Both the position numbers and the translations under genes were made by a program. Below are positions 1-11,900 of a stretch of DNA of 64,000 nt, piece by piece. Location: positions 89,590,001 to 89,654,000 of the forward strand of contig NC_079165.1 in the NCBI RefSeq assembly GCF_947568905.1, written 5' to 3'. The notes under the pieces are model-generated. The model ran no database searches, was not told where the DNA came from, and worked only from the letters and a program-made list of their open reading frames with translations. This DNA comes from Ostrea edulis (taxonomy: Eukaryota). The first letter of the stretch is position 1. Each line of letters starts with the position of its first letter.

Positions 1-56
1 ACGTAAGTTTTTCTGCTTTCCTGTTTACATAACATTCAGTATAATAAAACAAATAT

Positions 57-183
57 TGCATGTAGTTGAGGGTAACATCGAAATTTTCACCCTTCGAGAA
101 ACCATTGTCAACCTCAGCTATGCCTCAGTTGACAATGATTTTCTCGGGGTGAAAATTTTCAATGTTATCTTCAACTACATGCA
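57..183. mobile_element. Short foldback/MITE-like element
   Basis: Inverted arms tgcatgtagttgagggtaacatcgaaattttcaccc ... gggtgaaaattttcaatgttatcttcaactacatgca. Confidence 0.6.
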
Positions 184-195
184 ATATTTATATAT

Positions 196-1013
196 TGTCA
201 CTAAAGAAGTGATATGTATATTTGTCACTAGAGATGTGATATGTGTATTTGTCTGTCCCTAGAGATGTGATATGTGTATTTGTCACTAGAGATGTGATAT
301 GTATATTTGTCCCTAGAGATGTGATATGTGTATTTGTCTATCCCTAGAGATGTGATTTGTGTATTTGTCACTAGAGATGTGTTATGTGTATTTGTCACTA
401 GAGATATGATATGTGTATTTGTCACTAAAGAAGTGATATGTATATTTGTCACTAGAGATGTGATATGTGTATTTGTCTGTCCCTAGAGATGTGTTATGTG
501 AATTTGTCACTAGAGATGTGTTATGTGTATTTGTCACTAGAGATTTGATATGTATATTTGTCTGTCCCTAGAGATGTGATATGTGTATTTGTCACTAAAG
601 ATGTGTTATGTGTATTTGTCACTGAAGATGTGATATGTATATTTGTCCCTAGAGATGTGATATGTGTATTTGTCACTAAAGATGTGATATGTATATTTGT
701 CGCTAGAGATGTGATATGTATATTTCTCTGTCCCTGGAGATGTGGTATGTGTATTTGTCACTAGAGATGTGTTATGTGTATTTGTCACTAAAGATGTGTT
801 ATGTGTATTTGTCACTAGAGATGTGATATGTATATTTGTCTGTCCCTAGAGATGTGATATGTGTATTTGTCACTAAAGATGTGTTATGTATATTTGTCCC
901 TAGAGATGTGATATGTGTATTTGTCACTAAAGATGTGTTATGTATATTTGTCACTAGAGATATGATATGTATATTTGTCACTAAAGATGTGTTATGTGTA
1001 TTTGTCCCTAGAG
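196..1013. repeat. 27-bp minisatellite (with 31-bp variants) in UCHL5 intron 3
   Basis: Tandem unit gagatgtgatatgtgtatttgtcacta; explains the repetitive ORFs at 228-1108. Confidence 0.95.
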
Positions 1014-1371
1014 CTGTGCTGAGTAAGGCTGACTCTTGCTTGAAATGTGCTTTCTATTGCGTGTCTGTAAATGTATTACATTTTTATTTTATATTTTTAA
1101 CAGTTTAATGTGTACGATATTTGAAGGAAATTGATTTTTTAATAAGTTAGCATAGATTTGATTTAGCGCTTTCTAAATGTGCCATACATAAAAATATGTA
1201 TGCAAGACATTCCGCGATGTCCTTGATTTAGTGGTAGCTGATTTCCGCTAAAGGCGCTAAATAGTATAATGTATGACGTTTACAGTATTTGACTGATCCT
1301 GGTAAACTGTTGATCTTACACACTGAAGGAGATATATATTTCTATCCATGAGATGGCCCCTGACTTCTTAC

Positions 1372-4300
1372 CTGCTTCGCAAAGAAAATTTTCTCCACTC
1401 GACTGTCCTGAACAATGCTTCCCTCAGGTTCAGACTCAGGCTGCCACTTAAACAGAAATATTAGTCCATACACTGGTCTACAAAGCAGAAACAGGAATAT
1501 TAGTCCTTACACTGGTCTACAAAGCAGAAACAGGAATATTAGTCCTTACACTGGTCTACAAAGCAGAAACAGGAATATTAGTCCATACACTGGTCTACAA
1601 AGCAGAAACAGGGATATTAGTCCTTATACTGGTCTACAAAATAGAAAGATCAAAGCATGCGTACAATGAGAGCTTTATTTTCTAATAATTTAATTCTTAT
1701 TGTATTCTAGTCTCTGATTGGTGGAATTCAAATTGAGGAATGCAGGTTATTTTTGTATAACCTGGTTTGGTATGGGGACACACCCCCTTGATAACCAGTT
1801 GCTGGAACTATTTTTTTCCTCTCTAAATTTACATCGCAGCACTGTTTGGGGCCTTTTATGGAATAAAAAAGTCAACGTCTGCAATAAGATACTTTGGTTT
1901 AATACAAAGATTGTTTTCTCGTTGTCAGTTAGCATCTAAATGTACGCAAATCACTGTTGTAAAACATCTTTCTCTGTGTGATGGTCAAATAATAGGTTAA
2001 ACGAAAAATATGATATTCAAATTAATGATTTTCCAAGTAAACATTACCCTGTTCATTTTGAAATACATTTCTCACTGGGGAAAGGGAGGGGGTGCTTCAT
2101 TGCTTGATCCGTCTTTCAACACAACAAACAAACAAGAGGCCCATGGGCCACATCGTTCACCTGAGTCACTTTGGCCCTTATCTGAAGACTTTCCATATAT
2201 ATTTGCATGTAAAACCGTAGTCCCTATTATGGCCCCAACTTACCCCTGGAGGCCATGGTTTTTGCAAACTTGAATCTACACTACCGGGTATATTAGAAAG
2301 CTTTCATGTAAATGTGAACTTCTTTGGTCCAATGGTTCTTGAGAAGAAGATTTTTAAAGATTTTTCCTATATATTTGTATGTAAAACTTTGATCCCCCCT
2401 TGTGGCCCCATCCTACCCTCAGGGGCCATGATTTGAACAAACTTGAATCTGCACTATATCAGGAAGTTTTCATGTAAATATTAGCTTTTCTGGCTCAGTG
2501 GTTCTTGAGAAGAAGATTTTTAAAGATTTTTTCTATATATTTGTATGTAAAACTTTGATCCCCTATTGTGGCCCCATCTGACCCCCGGGGGCCAGGATTT
2601 GAACAAACTTAACTCTGCACTATGTTAGGAAGCTTTCATGTAAATATCAGCTTTTCTGGCTCAGTGGTTCTTGGGAAGAAGATTTTTAAAGATTGTCCCT
2701 ATATATTTGTATGTAAAACTTTTATCCCTATTGTGGCCCCATCCGACCCCCGGGAACCATGATTTTAGCAAACCTGAATCTGCACTATCTCAGAAAGCTT
2801 TCATATAAATCTCAGCCAGTACTCCCACTGGACCAAAATTCCCTTTCGCCACTTTTTCGGGGTGCGGCACGGCACAAATAATCTCATGCTTTACAATTAT
2901 TTTCATCATATTATTTTATTCATTACACTGATTTTAGCATTTTGAATCAGTTACATTACTTAATCATATCCAGCTACCATACCTAAACACTTCTTTCTGA
3001 ATTATTAAGAAGTTGATTTGTTTTTTGATAAATTCTATTGTGGAAATCAAAAATCAGATAATAAATCATATAAATATAAACTTCATGATGCTACACCCCT
3101 CAGTGAAAACATTGTGTACATTGCCCGAAATGCAGATGTCACAAAACATCAAGCCCAATTTAGAGTTGTATCTCAATCATTCCCTATTAAATTTCCGTTT
3201 TGGTATGGAAGATTTTGCAATTTGGACAGAATAAGATGTTTGAGCAGGTGGGGTTGACTGTAAAGCCAAACATAGATATTTTTTGAATTCTAGACTGACC
3301 AGGGTCACAAGCTACAAGTTTAGTGTCAAAATAGAATGGGGTGCATAGTCTTATGAGATTAGCTTTTTTATACTGTTGCGCACCGAACTTCAAAGAAAAT
3401 TATTTATTAAAATTGCTATGTCCATATCAATGGTGACCGACCGCAATGTTTATGAAATATTCGAACTAAAATCAAACCCATCAAAATCAAAATCTTTCAA
3501 TCAACGAGCTTGGCCGCAAAAACAAACAATTGATGTATATGTACATTATACACAATAATACGGCCAATTTAATTACCGGTCGGTTCTGTGGTTAAGAATT
3601 GACATTAATGTGAAGATGATAAGACGATAATGAATAAGACTTTAAATGTTAAACAATTGACCACAGCAGGGTACACAGCTGTCAGATGTACTTTATTACA
3701 TAATCACCGACTTTTTTTTGCAGCCATACCTTACCTGAGGCTATTATCTGGCCTTCGTGACCAGCTCTGTGTGCACTGGAGTGACGCGAGATTTCCGGTC
3801 GCACATGTTGACTGAATAAACAGATTTTGACTGCATAAACAAACAGGCGATAATGTGTCACTGACAAAGGAAAACACAAGACAGATTTTAAAATACAATT
3901 TACTGCAAAAAGGGATTTTCGCCACTTTAATTTTTTTCTCGCCATTTTTGAAAAAAATTCGCCATTGGCGAAAATGGTGAAGCCCAGCTCGAGCACTGAT
4001 CTCAGCTTTTCTGGCTCAGTGGTTCTTGAGAAGAAGATTTTTAAAGATTTTTTCTATATATTTGTATGTAAAACTTTGATCCCCTATTGTGGCCCCATCC
4101 GACCCCAGGGGGCTATCATTTTAACAAACTGAACTCTGCACTATGTTAGGAAGCTTTCATGTAAATATCAGCTTTTCTGGCTCAGTGGTTCTTGGGAAGA
4201 AGATTTTTAAAGATTGTCCCTATATATTTGTATGTAAAACTTTGATCCCCTATTGTGGCCCCATCCGACCCCCGGGAACCATGATTTTAGCAAACCTGAA

Positions 4301-7300
4301 TCTGCACTATCTCAGAAAGCTTTCATATAAATCTCAGCTTTTCTGGCTCAGTGGTTCTTGAGAAGATTTTTAAAGATTTTTCCTATATATTTGTATGTAA
4401 AACTTTGATCCCCATTGTAGCCCCATCCTACCCCCAGGGGCCATGATTTTAACAAACTTGAATCTGCATTATATCAGGAAGCTTTCAAATAAATCTCAGC
4501 TTTTCTGGTTCAGTGGTTCTTGAGAGGAAGATTTTCCCTATATATTTGTATGTAAAACTTTGATCCCCTATTGTGGCCCCATCCTACCCCCGGGGGCCAG
4601 GATTTTAACAGTTTAGAATCTGCACTATATCAGGAAGCTTTCATATAAATCTCAGCTTTTCTGGCTCAGTGATCTTGAGAGGAAGATTTTTAAATATTTT
4701 CCCTTTATATTTGTATGTAAATCTTTGATCCCCCTTGTGGCCCCATCCGACCCCCGGAGGCCATCATTTTAACAAACTTGAATCTGCACTATGTCAGAAA
4801 GCTTTCATGTAAATATCAGTTTTTCTGACTCAGTGGTTCTTGAGAAGATGATTTTTAAAGATTTTTCCTATATATTTGTATGTAAAACTTTAATCCCTTA
4901 TTGCGGCCCCATTCAATCCCCGGGGGCCATGATTTTAACAATTTAGAATCTGCACTACCTAATAAAGCTTATCTTTAACTTTCATCTTTTCTGGCCCAGT
5001 GGTTCTTAGGAAGATTTTTTAATGACCCTACTCTATTTTTACCTTTTCTTGATTATCTCCCCTTGGAAGGTGGCCTGGCCCTTTATTTTAACATTTTAGA
5101 ATTCCCTTTACTTAAGGATGCTTTGTTCCAACTTTGGTTAAAATTGGCCCCGAGGTTTTTGAGAAGTAAAAAATGTTAAAAGTTTACAGACGGACGGATG
5201 CCGGACTACGGGTGATCAGAAAAGCTCATTTGAGCTTTTAGCTCAGGTGAGCTAAAAATCATATGTCATATTTTATATCAGATGGCATCAGTCACATTGA
5301 CATGTGGACCACGATTTGTCACTTGTTTGTATATTTTCTTGTGTTGGATTTACTATTAGCGACAACGCTGCATGCAAGGGTAACTTTTCATGCAGTAGAA
5401 ATCTGCATAGAATTAAAAGCCGAAAATGCAAATTATTGCATTTTCTGATGTTTGAAGACTTATTTTGGGTAGGCCTAAACAATGCAATTTCCCATATTTT
5501 CTCAATCTGTCAGAATATGAACGATTTCGAAGTCAATCTTTAAGGGCAGTGAAATATGCGCGTTGCATGCATAGCCTACACATATTTTCTGTCATGACAA
5601 AATTCAAACTTCACCTTCCAATAAATATGTTCACAATATTTTGATAAATCGGCTCTGTAGAACTAAGATGGCTGCCTTCCCAGCTAGACGCTTCGTCGTG
5701 TTTGCTAAGTGAATCAGCTCAGATGACAAGTATTTTTCAGAATTTAATATGTACATTTTACTAAACGAAAATTAGTACCTTTGTCTTTTGCATTACGAGT
5801 ATAACCTGGTTTGGGTCAGTTCACAGGCACTTATATCGCTTGGGGCCTAATTACTATATATAAGAGTAACATAGTAATTAGGCCCCAAGCGATATAAGTG
5901 CCTGTGGGTCAGTTTACGTTTTTTGTAATCGACTTTGCAGATTATAAAGCATAAACTGACCCAAACCAGGTTATACTCATATAATATGCCCCAGAATTAA
6001 AGTCATTCCTTACATGTTAATGGTTCTATTTAGAGATGTCAGTGTTACTTTTTGTCTGTTTGCCGTACAAATCTCTCTTTCCACAAGCTAAATTTCCCAG
6101 ACACAGTTAAGGAATTCAAAAAATAAAATGTGGAAAGTGTACACCAGGCACACCGAAGTCCTCTGTTCAGACAAGAATAAACAAATTAACAATATTTTTC
6201 TTAGATTATTTGTGGTAGTTTGTGCAGAACCTTTTTGAATTTGAATCTTACTTGAGATTTTCAAAACTTGAAGCATCCAGACTCCATAGCTCTTCTACTT
6301 GTATTCCTTCACAACCTGGAGGAAAACAACAACAAAGTGAAAGTCTTACAGTCCCCATAATAAATCATATACATTCTGTACACAACCTGGAGAAAAACAA
6401 CAACAAAGGCTTACAGTCCCCATAATCATATACATTCTGTACACAACCTGGAGAAAAACAACAACAAAGGCTTACAGTCCCCATAATCATATACATTCTG
6501 TACACAACCTGGAGAAAAACAACAACAAAGGCTTACAGTCCCCATAATCATATACATTCTGTACACAACCTGGAGAAAAACAACAACAAAGGCTTACAGT
6601 CCCCATTATCATATACATTCTGTACACAACCTGGAGGAAAAAAACAACAAAGTGAAAGGCTTACAGTCCCCATAATAATTGTGTAACACTGTTCCATAAA
6701 GGATTGTTTGTGTAATATTCAATGTTCCATTAGATTGCTTGTGTAACAGTTCCATAAAGGATTGTTTGTGTAACACAGTTCCATAAGGGATTATTTGTGT
6801 AATATTGTTCCATAAGGGATTGTTTTTGTAATATTCTGAATGTATATGTTCTGTTAGGGATTGTTTGTGTAACACTTTCCATAAGGGATTATTTGTGTAA
6901 CACTGTTCCATAAAGGATTGTTTGTGTAATATCCAATGTTCTGTTTGAGATTGCTTGTGTAACACTGTTCCATAAAGGATTGCTTGTGTAACATTCAATG
7001 TTCCTTTAGATTGTTTGTGTAACATTCAATGTTCTGTTAAAGATTGCTTGTGTAACACTGTTCCATAAAGGATTGTTTGTGTAACATTCAATGTTCCATT
7101 AGATTGTTTGTGTAACACTGTTCCATAAAGGATTGCTTGTGTAACACTGTTCCATAAAGGATTGTTTGTGTAACACTGTTCCATAAAGGATTGTTTGTGT
7201 AACATTCAATGTTCCATTAGATTGTTTGTGTAACACTGTTCCATAAAGGATTGCTTGTGTAACACTGTTCCATAAAGGATTGTTTGTGTAACACTGTTCC

Positions 7301-8580
7301 ATAAAGGATTGCTTGTGTAACATTCAATGTTCCATTAGATTGCTTGTGTAACACTGTTCTATAAAGGATTGCTTGTGTAACACAGTTCCATAAAGGATTG
7401 TTTGTGTAACACTGTTCCATAAAGGATTGCTTGTGTAACATTCAATGTTCCATTAGATTGCTTGTGTAACACTGTTCTATAAAGGATTGCTTGTGTAACA
7501 CAGTTCCATAAAGGATTGTTTGTGTAACACTGTTCCATAAAGGATTGTTTGTGTAACACTGTTTCATAAAGGACTGCTTGTGTAACACTGTTCCATAAAG
7601 GATTGTTTGTGTAACATTCAATGTTCCATTAAATTGCTTGTGTAACACTGTTCCATAGAGGATTGTTTGTGTAACATTCAATGTTCCTTCAGGAATTTTT
7701 TGTATAACATTGTTCTGTTATATTTGTGTAACATTCAATGTTCCTTTAGATTGTTTGTGTAACATTCAATGTTCCTTCAGGAATTTTTTGTATAACATTG
7801 TTCTGTTATATTTGTGTAACATTCAATGTTCTGTTACAAATTATTACTGCAACAGGTTTGTGCAGAATCAAGTGTCTATATAATCATGACTGTGTTTGCC
7901 TCTATAAACCCCCCTTAAAAAAAACTACTTTGAGTCGATTGACAAAGCCATCTTCTCATTTGTAAACTTTGTTTCACTTTCATTTGAAGCATTCAGTCCA
8001 AAGTCATATATTTAAACTTGCACTTGCTACTATGGCTTTGTCAATCGACTCAGTAGTTTTTTTAAGGGGGGTTTATAGAGGCCGGAAGAAAATATAGAAA
8101 ACTAATGAAAATTTAAACCATACCTATGGAACATGAAAATTAAGTGGGAGCATAGGTGCTAACTATGGGATATTTTTTGTTCTGTAATTAAATACCAAAA
8201 CTTTTTGCTTCGCCCTCAAACATGATTAGATTTAAGCTGCAATACATATTATTGTATAATAAAGGCACTCAGAACAGGTATACATTCTTATATCTATTGA
8301 TATGCAACTCAATAAATATCATACAATAACGTGAAAGGCCGAGACCAAGGTACCTATGATACACTCTGGTATGTATCTGTACAATGTACTATAGAGCATT
8401 AGAATTTCCTCTGATCTGATTCCTTTTTATACAACATCAGACCCTAAAAGAGTTTAATCATTCATATCTACTTCAGTTCATGGATGTTTTACAACAAAAT
8501 TTACCGAATCCTCTGATGAGTTCTGTAAAAACGCCAGGGTCACTCTCTATCAAACACCAATCACCTGCACTTGTCGCCAT
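1372..8580 (-). CDS. UCHL5: Ubiquitin C-terminal hydrolase L5 (UCH37), 5' part; exons 8580-8505, 6315-6252, 1477-1372; gene continues beyond the left edge
   Basis: Spliced translation [82 protein letters not shown] matches the UCHL5 N-terminus; GT-AG sites with consistent phases (76, 64, 106 nt). Confidence 0.96.
1449..1645. repeat. 39-bp tandem array (about 5 copies) spanning the UCHL5 exon 3 acceptor
   Basis: Unit aacaggaatattagtccttacactggtctacaaagcaga; the reverse complement contains ctgctttgtag|ACCAGTG. Confidence 0.95.
2131..5258 (-). mobile_element. Helentron-like non-autonomous element with an internal ~167-bp satellite array (Cg170/HindIII-like), interrupted by a hAT derivative
   Basis: Ends aacaagaggcccatgggcc... 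and ...gctcaggtgagctaaaaa; tandem units containing aagctt; related copies at 10918-11180 and 57665-58592. Confidence 0.75.
2817..3998 (-). mobile_element. Non-autonomous hAT transposon, copy 1
   Basis: Termini cagtactc...gagcactg, 8-bp TSD atctcagc (2809-2816 and 3999-4006); homologous to 34379-35532 in opposite orientation. Confidence 0.9.
5796..5979. mobile_element. TA-flanked MITE hosting a nested hairpin element
   Basis: TIR gagtataacctggtttgggtcagttta / taaactgacccaaaccaggttatactc, flanked by TA. Confidence 0.7.
5822..5906. mobile_element. 85-bp foldback element, CACAGGCAC termini, 8-bp TSD (P-superfamily-like termini)
   Basis: 36-bp perfect inverted arms; TSD ggtcagtt at 5814-5821 and 5907-5914. 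Confidence 0.8.
6311..6672. repeat. 61-bp tandem array spanning the UCHL5 exon 2 acceptor
   Basis: acaacctgg at 6311 (true junction) recurs at about 6382, 6443, 6504, 6565, 6626. Confidence 0.95.
6680..7835. repeat. 29/31-bp minisatellite in UCHL5 intron 1
   Basis: Units tgtgtaacactgttccataaaggattgct and tgtgtaacattcaatgttccattagattgtt; source of the 6609-7681 repetitive ORFs. Confidence 0.95.
7898..8082. mobile_element. MITE-like element with ~55-bp TIRs
   Basis: gcctctataaaccccccttaaaaaaaactact..gagtcgattgacaaagccat mirrored by atggctttgtcaatcgactc..gtagtttttttaaggggggtttatagaggc; no TSD seen. Confidence 0.65.
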
Positions 8581-8993
8581 TTTCAATTTTTCTCTAACCG
8601 GATGTAGCACATGTTTCTCGAGGTGTCAATTTACCCGAATGGGGACCAAAAATTGCACTTTCATCATTGTTGACATTAAGAGACATGAATAGCTACCATA
8701 TTATTATTAAAATACTAAAAATATACATGTTAATTGGACTTTAGTTTGCTCTAGGAATGGGATGTGGTGTTTAAACCACAAAATCAAAGTTCTGAAAATT
8801 TAAATGCATCATCATGTCATTCATGGTAATAATAGTGATGATTATAGTAAAAATAATAGTACCTATGTTTATATATAACATACCATATAATACATTCAAT
8901 AATAAGATGATTAAAAAAGCACGTCTAATTTTAACTCCTTTTGGGTAAGTTGACCTAGCGCAGGTATCCGGAAGATGCGACAACGCGCGTAAC
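8581..8993. promoter_or_regulatory. Probable bidirectional promoter/5'UTR region between UCHL5 and the CDGSH gene
   Basis: Divergent ATGs at 8580 (-) and 8994 (+), 413 bp apart; ETS-like ccggaag and CpG-rich caacgcgcgt just upstream of 8994. Confidence 0.6.
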
Positions 8994-11900
8994 ATGTCAA
9001 AAGTTGAAGAGCTTGAGGACGATGTCGAATCGGCACGTAAATGTTTTCCAGCAGTAGCTATGGTAAGTTTATACGGTTATGTATATTATGCACAATGTGT
9101 TCAACACACGGGTTTGTTATAGAATACTCTTGATTTTTATGGTAGGTCGCATTAGCCATGTACAGTGAGTTACAAGATCTTTCAGATCATTTTGAACAAA
9201 TTGAGTGTTTAAATTTGGGTCTACAAACTAAAGTGCACGTCAGTGTTTTATTTGTGGCAGTCAAATTTAAAAATTCTAATAACTGTTGAAGCAACCAATG
9301 AACAAAAAAGTGGCAGTGCCCATACTTTGCATATACTGAGCTCACAAAATTTTCACTTCTTAAAGTTCTGTTGCCGATTTTGACTTTTCCTTTTCACATA
9401 CATGTTACTTTTAGAGCCTTGCTTTACGTCCATCCAAGCTTTGCTTGGTATTATTATTTAATATTATTTAATGGCCCACCTCATTTATTTGGAGCTATAT
9501 TAGAGGAGCATCAAAAAGGTTACATGAATTTAAGAAAGAAATAGAACCACTAAAAAGCACTTGAAAAGATATGTAGCAAGCATTGTAAGTAAGCCAGTCT
9601 AACGGCATCCGAATGAATTTACCTTCTTCCCTGCCTCAGATGATGTGTGTTTAAGCACTTGTGTTAGTGTCAGGTAAAGGATATTATCATTTCGGATATC
9701 TTTCTTGGAGTTATCTCTCTTTGTTCTTTCACATTTAATTTATTTCCTTATAAAGCAAACATAAACAATGTGTGACAATCTTTTTGTATGTGCCAAATAA
9801 AAACTGTAAGAAAGAATTTGTACAGACAGACTGACGGACTTGGCAGCAGATTAACAGACAGAACCACTAGACAAAAGTTTTCTTATCTTTGATTAGTTAC
9901 TAAGAGATGAGAAAACATTTAACATACCATGATTCATACAAGCAGCTAGTCTTCGACAAATCCCAGGAGCCCGATGTCCAGGACCTGGTAAAACTGGAAG
10001 CGGGCATATGGGGATTACATACTTACAAGCCTGAAGGTCATGTAAATTCCAAGGCTTATACTTTGGCTTTTGATTCGAATGATCAATTCATTCATCAGAT
10101 GTTTCATTTTCATTTGGGAATAACATAACATATCAAATTAAATATCTGTAGCATTAAATATACTTAAAGTGTTCGTTTATTTTATTCTTTCAAAGTGAAA
10201 CATAAACTTTTAACGACATATTATATTCTACTGCGATTTCCAAGAAACTCTTTTGCATTGGAGACACAAAAAGTGTACAGCTTGAAAAAAAAAGGTGACA
10301 ATAGATGCTTTCAGAAAAGTAGATTTCCTTGGCATTGAAAGGCAAATAACAATAAAATGACTTAATAAAAATGGCTGTTTACAACATAATTTATTAACTT
10401 GATAAACATTTTCTTATATTCAATTCACATAAATTGTTTGTTTTTAAAAAAAATGAAAATTAATTCAATTTATATCTATTCATCTGAAACATAACTTTAC
10501 ACACATTAACATTGAGTAGATGTTGTAAAACATCACTTCTGACAGCGACTATTTATTATTTAGAACAATAAATAGAGATTATGCCATCTTGTGGTTCAGA
10601 ATTTTTGCAAACTCTTAACAGTTATTATTTTTTTGTTTTAAGAATAAGATATCTAATATGGTTTAAAGTAAAGTTTCTTGTTTATTTTTTCAAAACGACC
10701 AGTCTGACTAGTAAATTGACATTTTACCCGGCAGGACCTATCATTTAGTAGACTCAGTCGGCTGGACATGCCTTAGTGTCAAACCCTGAATATACACGTG
10801 TCTGATTGGGCAAGTGATTATTTCATCAGGAAATGTGATGATTTTAAACATATTATTTTAAAATAAGCTTCATTTAATCAATATAAAATTTTAGGAAATA
10901 AAGTCTGAATCCGTATATTTAGCTCACCTGAGCTGAAAGCTAAAGTGAGCTTTTCTGATCACCTGTTATCTGTTGTCTGTCCATCCGTCTGTAAACTTTT
11001 CACATTTTCGACTTCTCTCCAAAACCACTGGATCAATTTCAACCAAACTTTGCAAAAAGCATCCTTGGGTGAAAGGGATTCAAGTTTGTTTCAAATGAAG
11101 GACAGAAACCTTCTGCAAGGGGATATAATCACAAAAATATGGTGGGGTCATTCAAAAATCTTTTTGAACCAGTCCACTAGATCTACCATTTTAGTATAGA
11201 TTTATTAATATAAGTAATGTGACAATTCATATATATAAAGGTATTACTTGTTTGAATTTTCCTTTGTGTTGATTTTTTCGTGTAATTGATTATGTAAAAG
11301 GTCAAGTGATTCACCACCGTGATATTATTTCAATAATTGAATAATGCAATTTCAATCATGTTTTTATATGATCGTCTTTAGATTGAACATATTATGGTTT
11401 GATGATTGTGTCCGTCCATCCCGCTTCATGTCTGGCTATTAACTCAAATACTATGATACCTAGAGTCATCAAAATTTTTCAGCTGATGCATCTTGTGTAG
11501 AGGTCGCACTTTAACGTTAGGTCACTGACCTTTCATTAAGATGATATGGCCAAAGATAGCAAAATCCTGTTGGACTCGTAACTGGACAATTATTTGGTCT
11601 AGAATCATCAGTCTTGGTCAGTTAATGCATCTTAAGGAAAAGGTGTGTCACACCCAAAATCAAGGTCACTGTGACCTATAATTATGGTGATATGGCCATA
11701 TATTTGAGCTTGTGTAATTTTGAGTCCTAGAATCAACAAACGTTGTCAATTTGTACATCTGTATAGAAATATAAATTGTAGCTTAAAATCAGATCATTAA
11801 AACTTTTCAAATGGTAAGTACTTGGGAAAAAAAACACCCCAATATTTTAAGGGAGGTAATCCCTACATATGTTAGAGAGTAATTCAGTAACTCTGTTCAA

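Noticed and set aside
228-1108. Cluster of short ORFs at the left end
   Set aside because: All derive from the 27-bp minisatellite in a UCHL5 intron
9897-10128. ORF 9907-10128 or exon candidates at about 9640-9673 and 9897-10035 as coding exons
   Set aside because: Phase-0 joining to exon 1 hits stops and the peptide has no recognisable motif; could still be UTR exons
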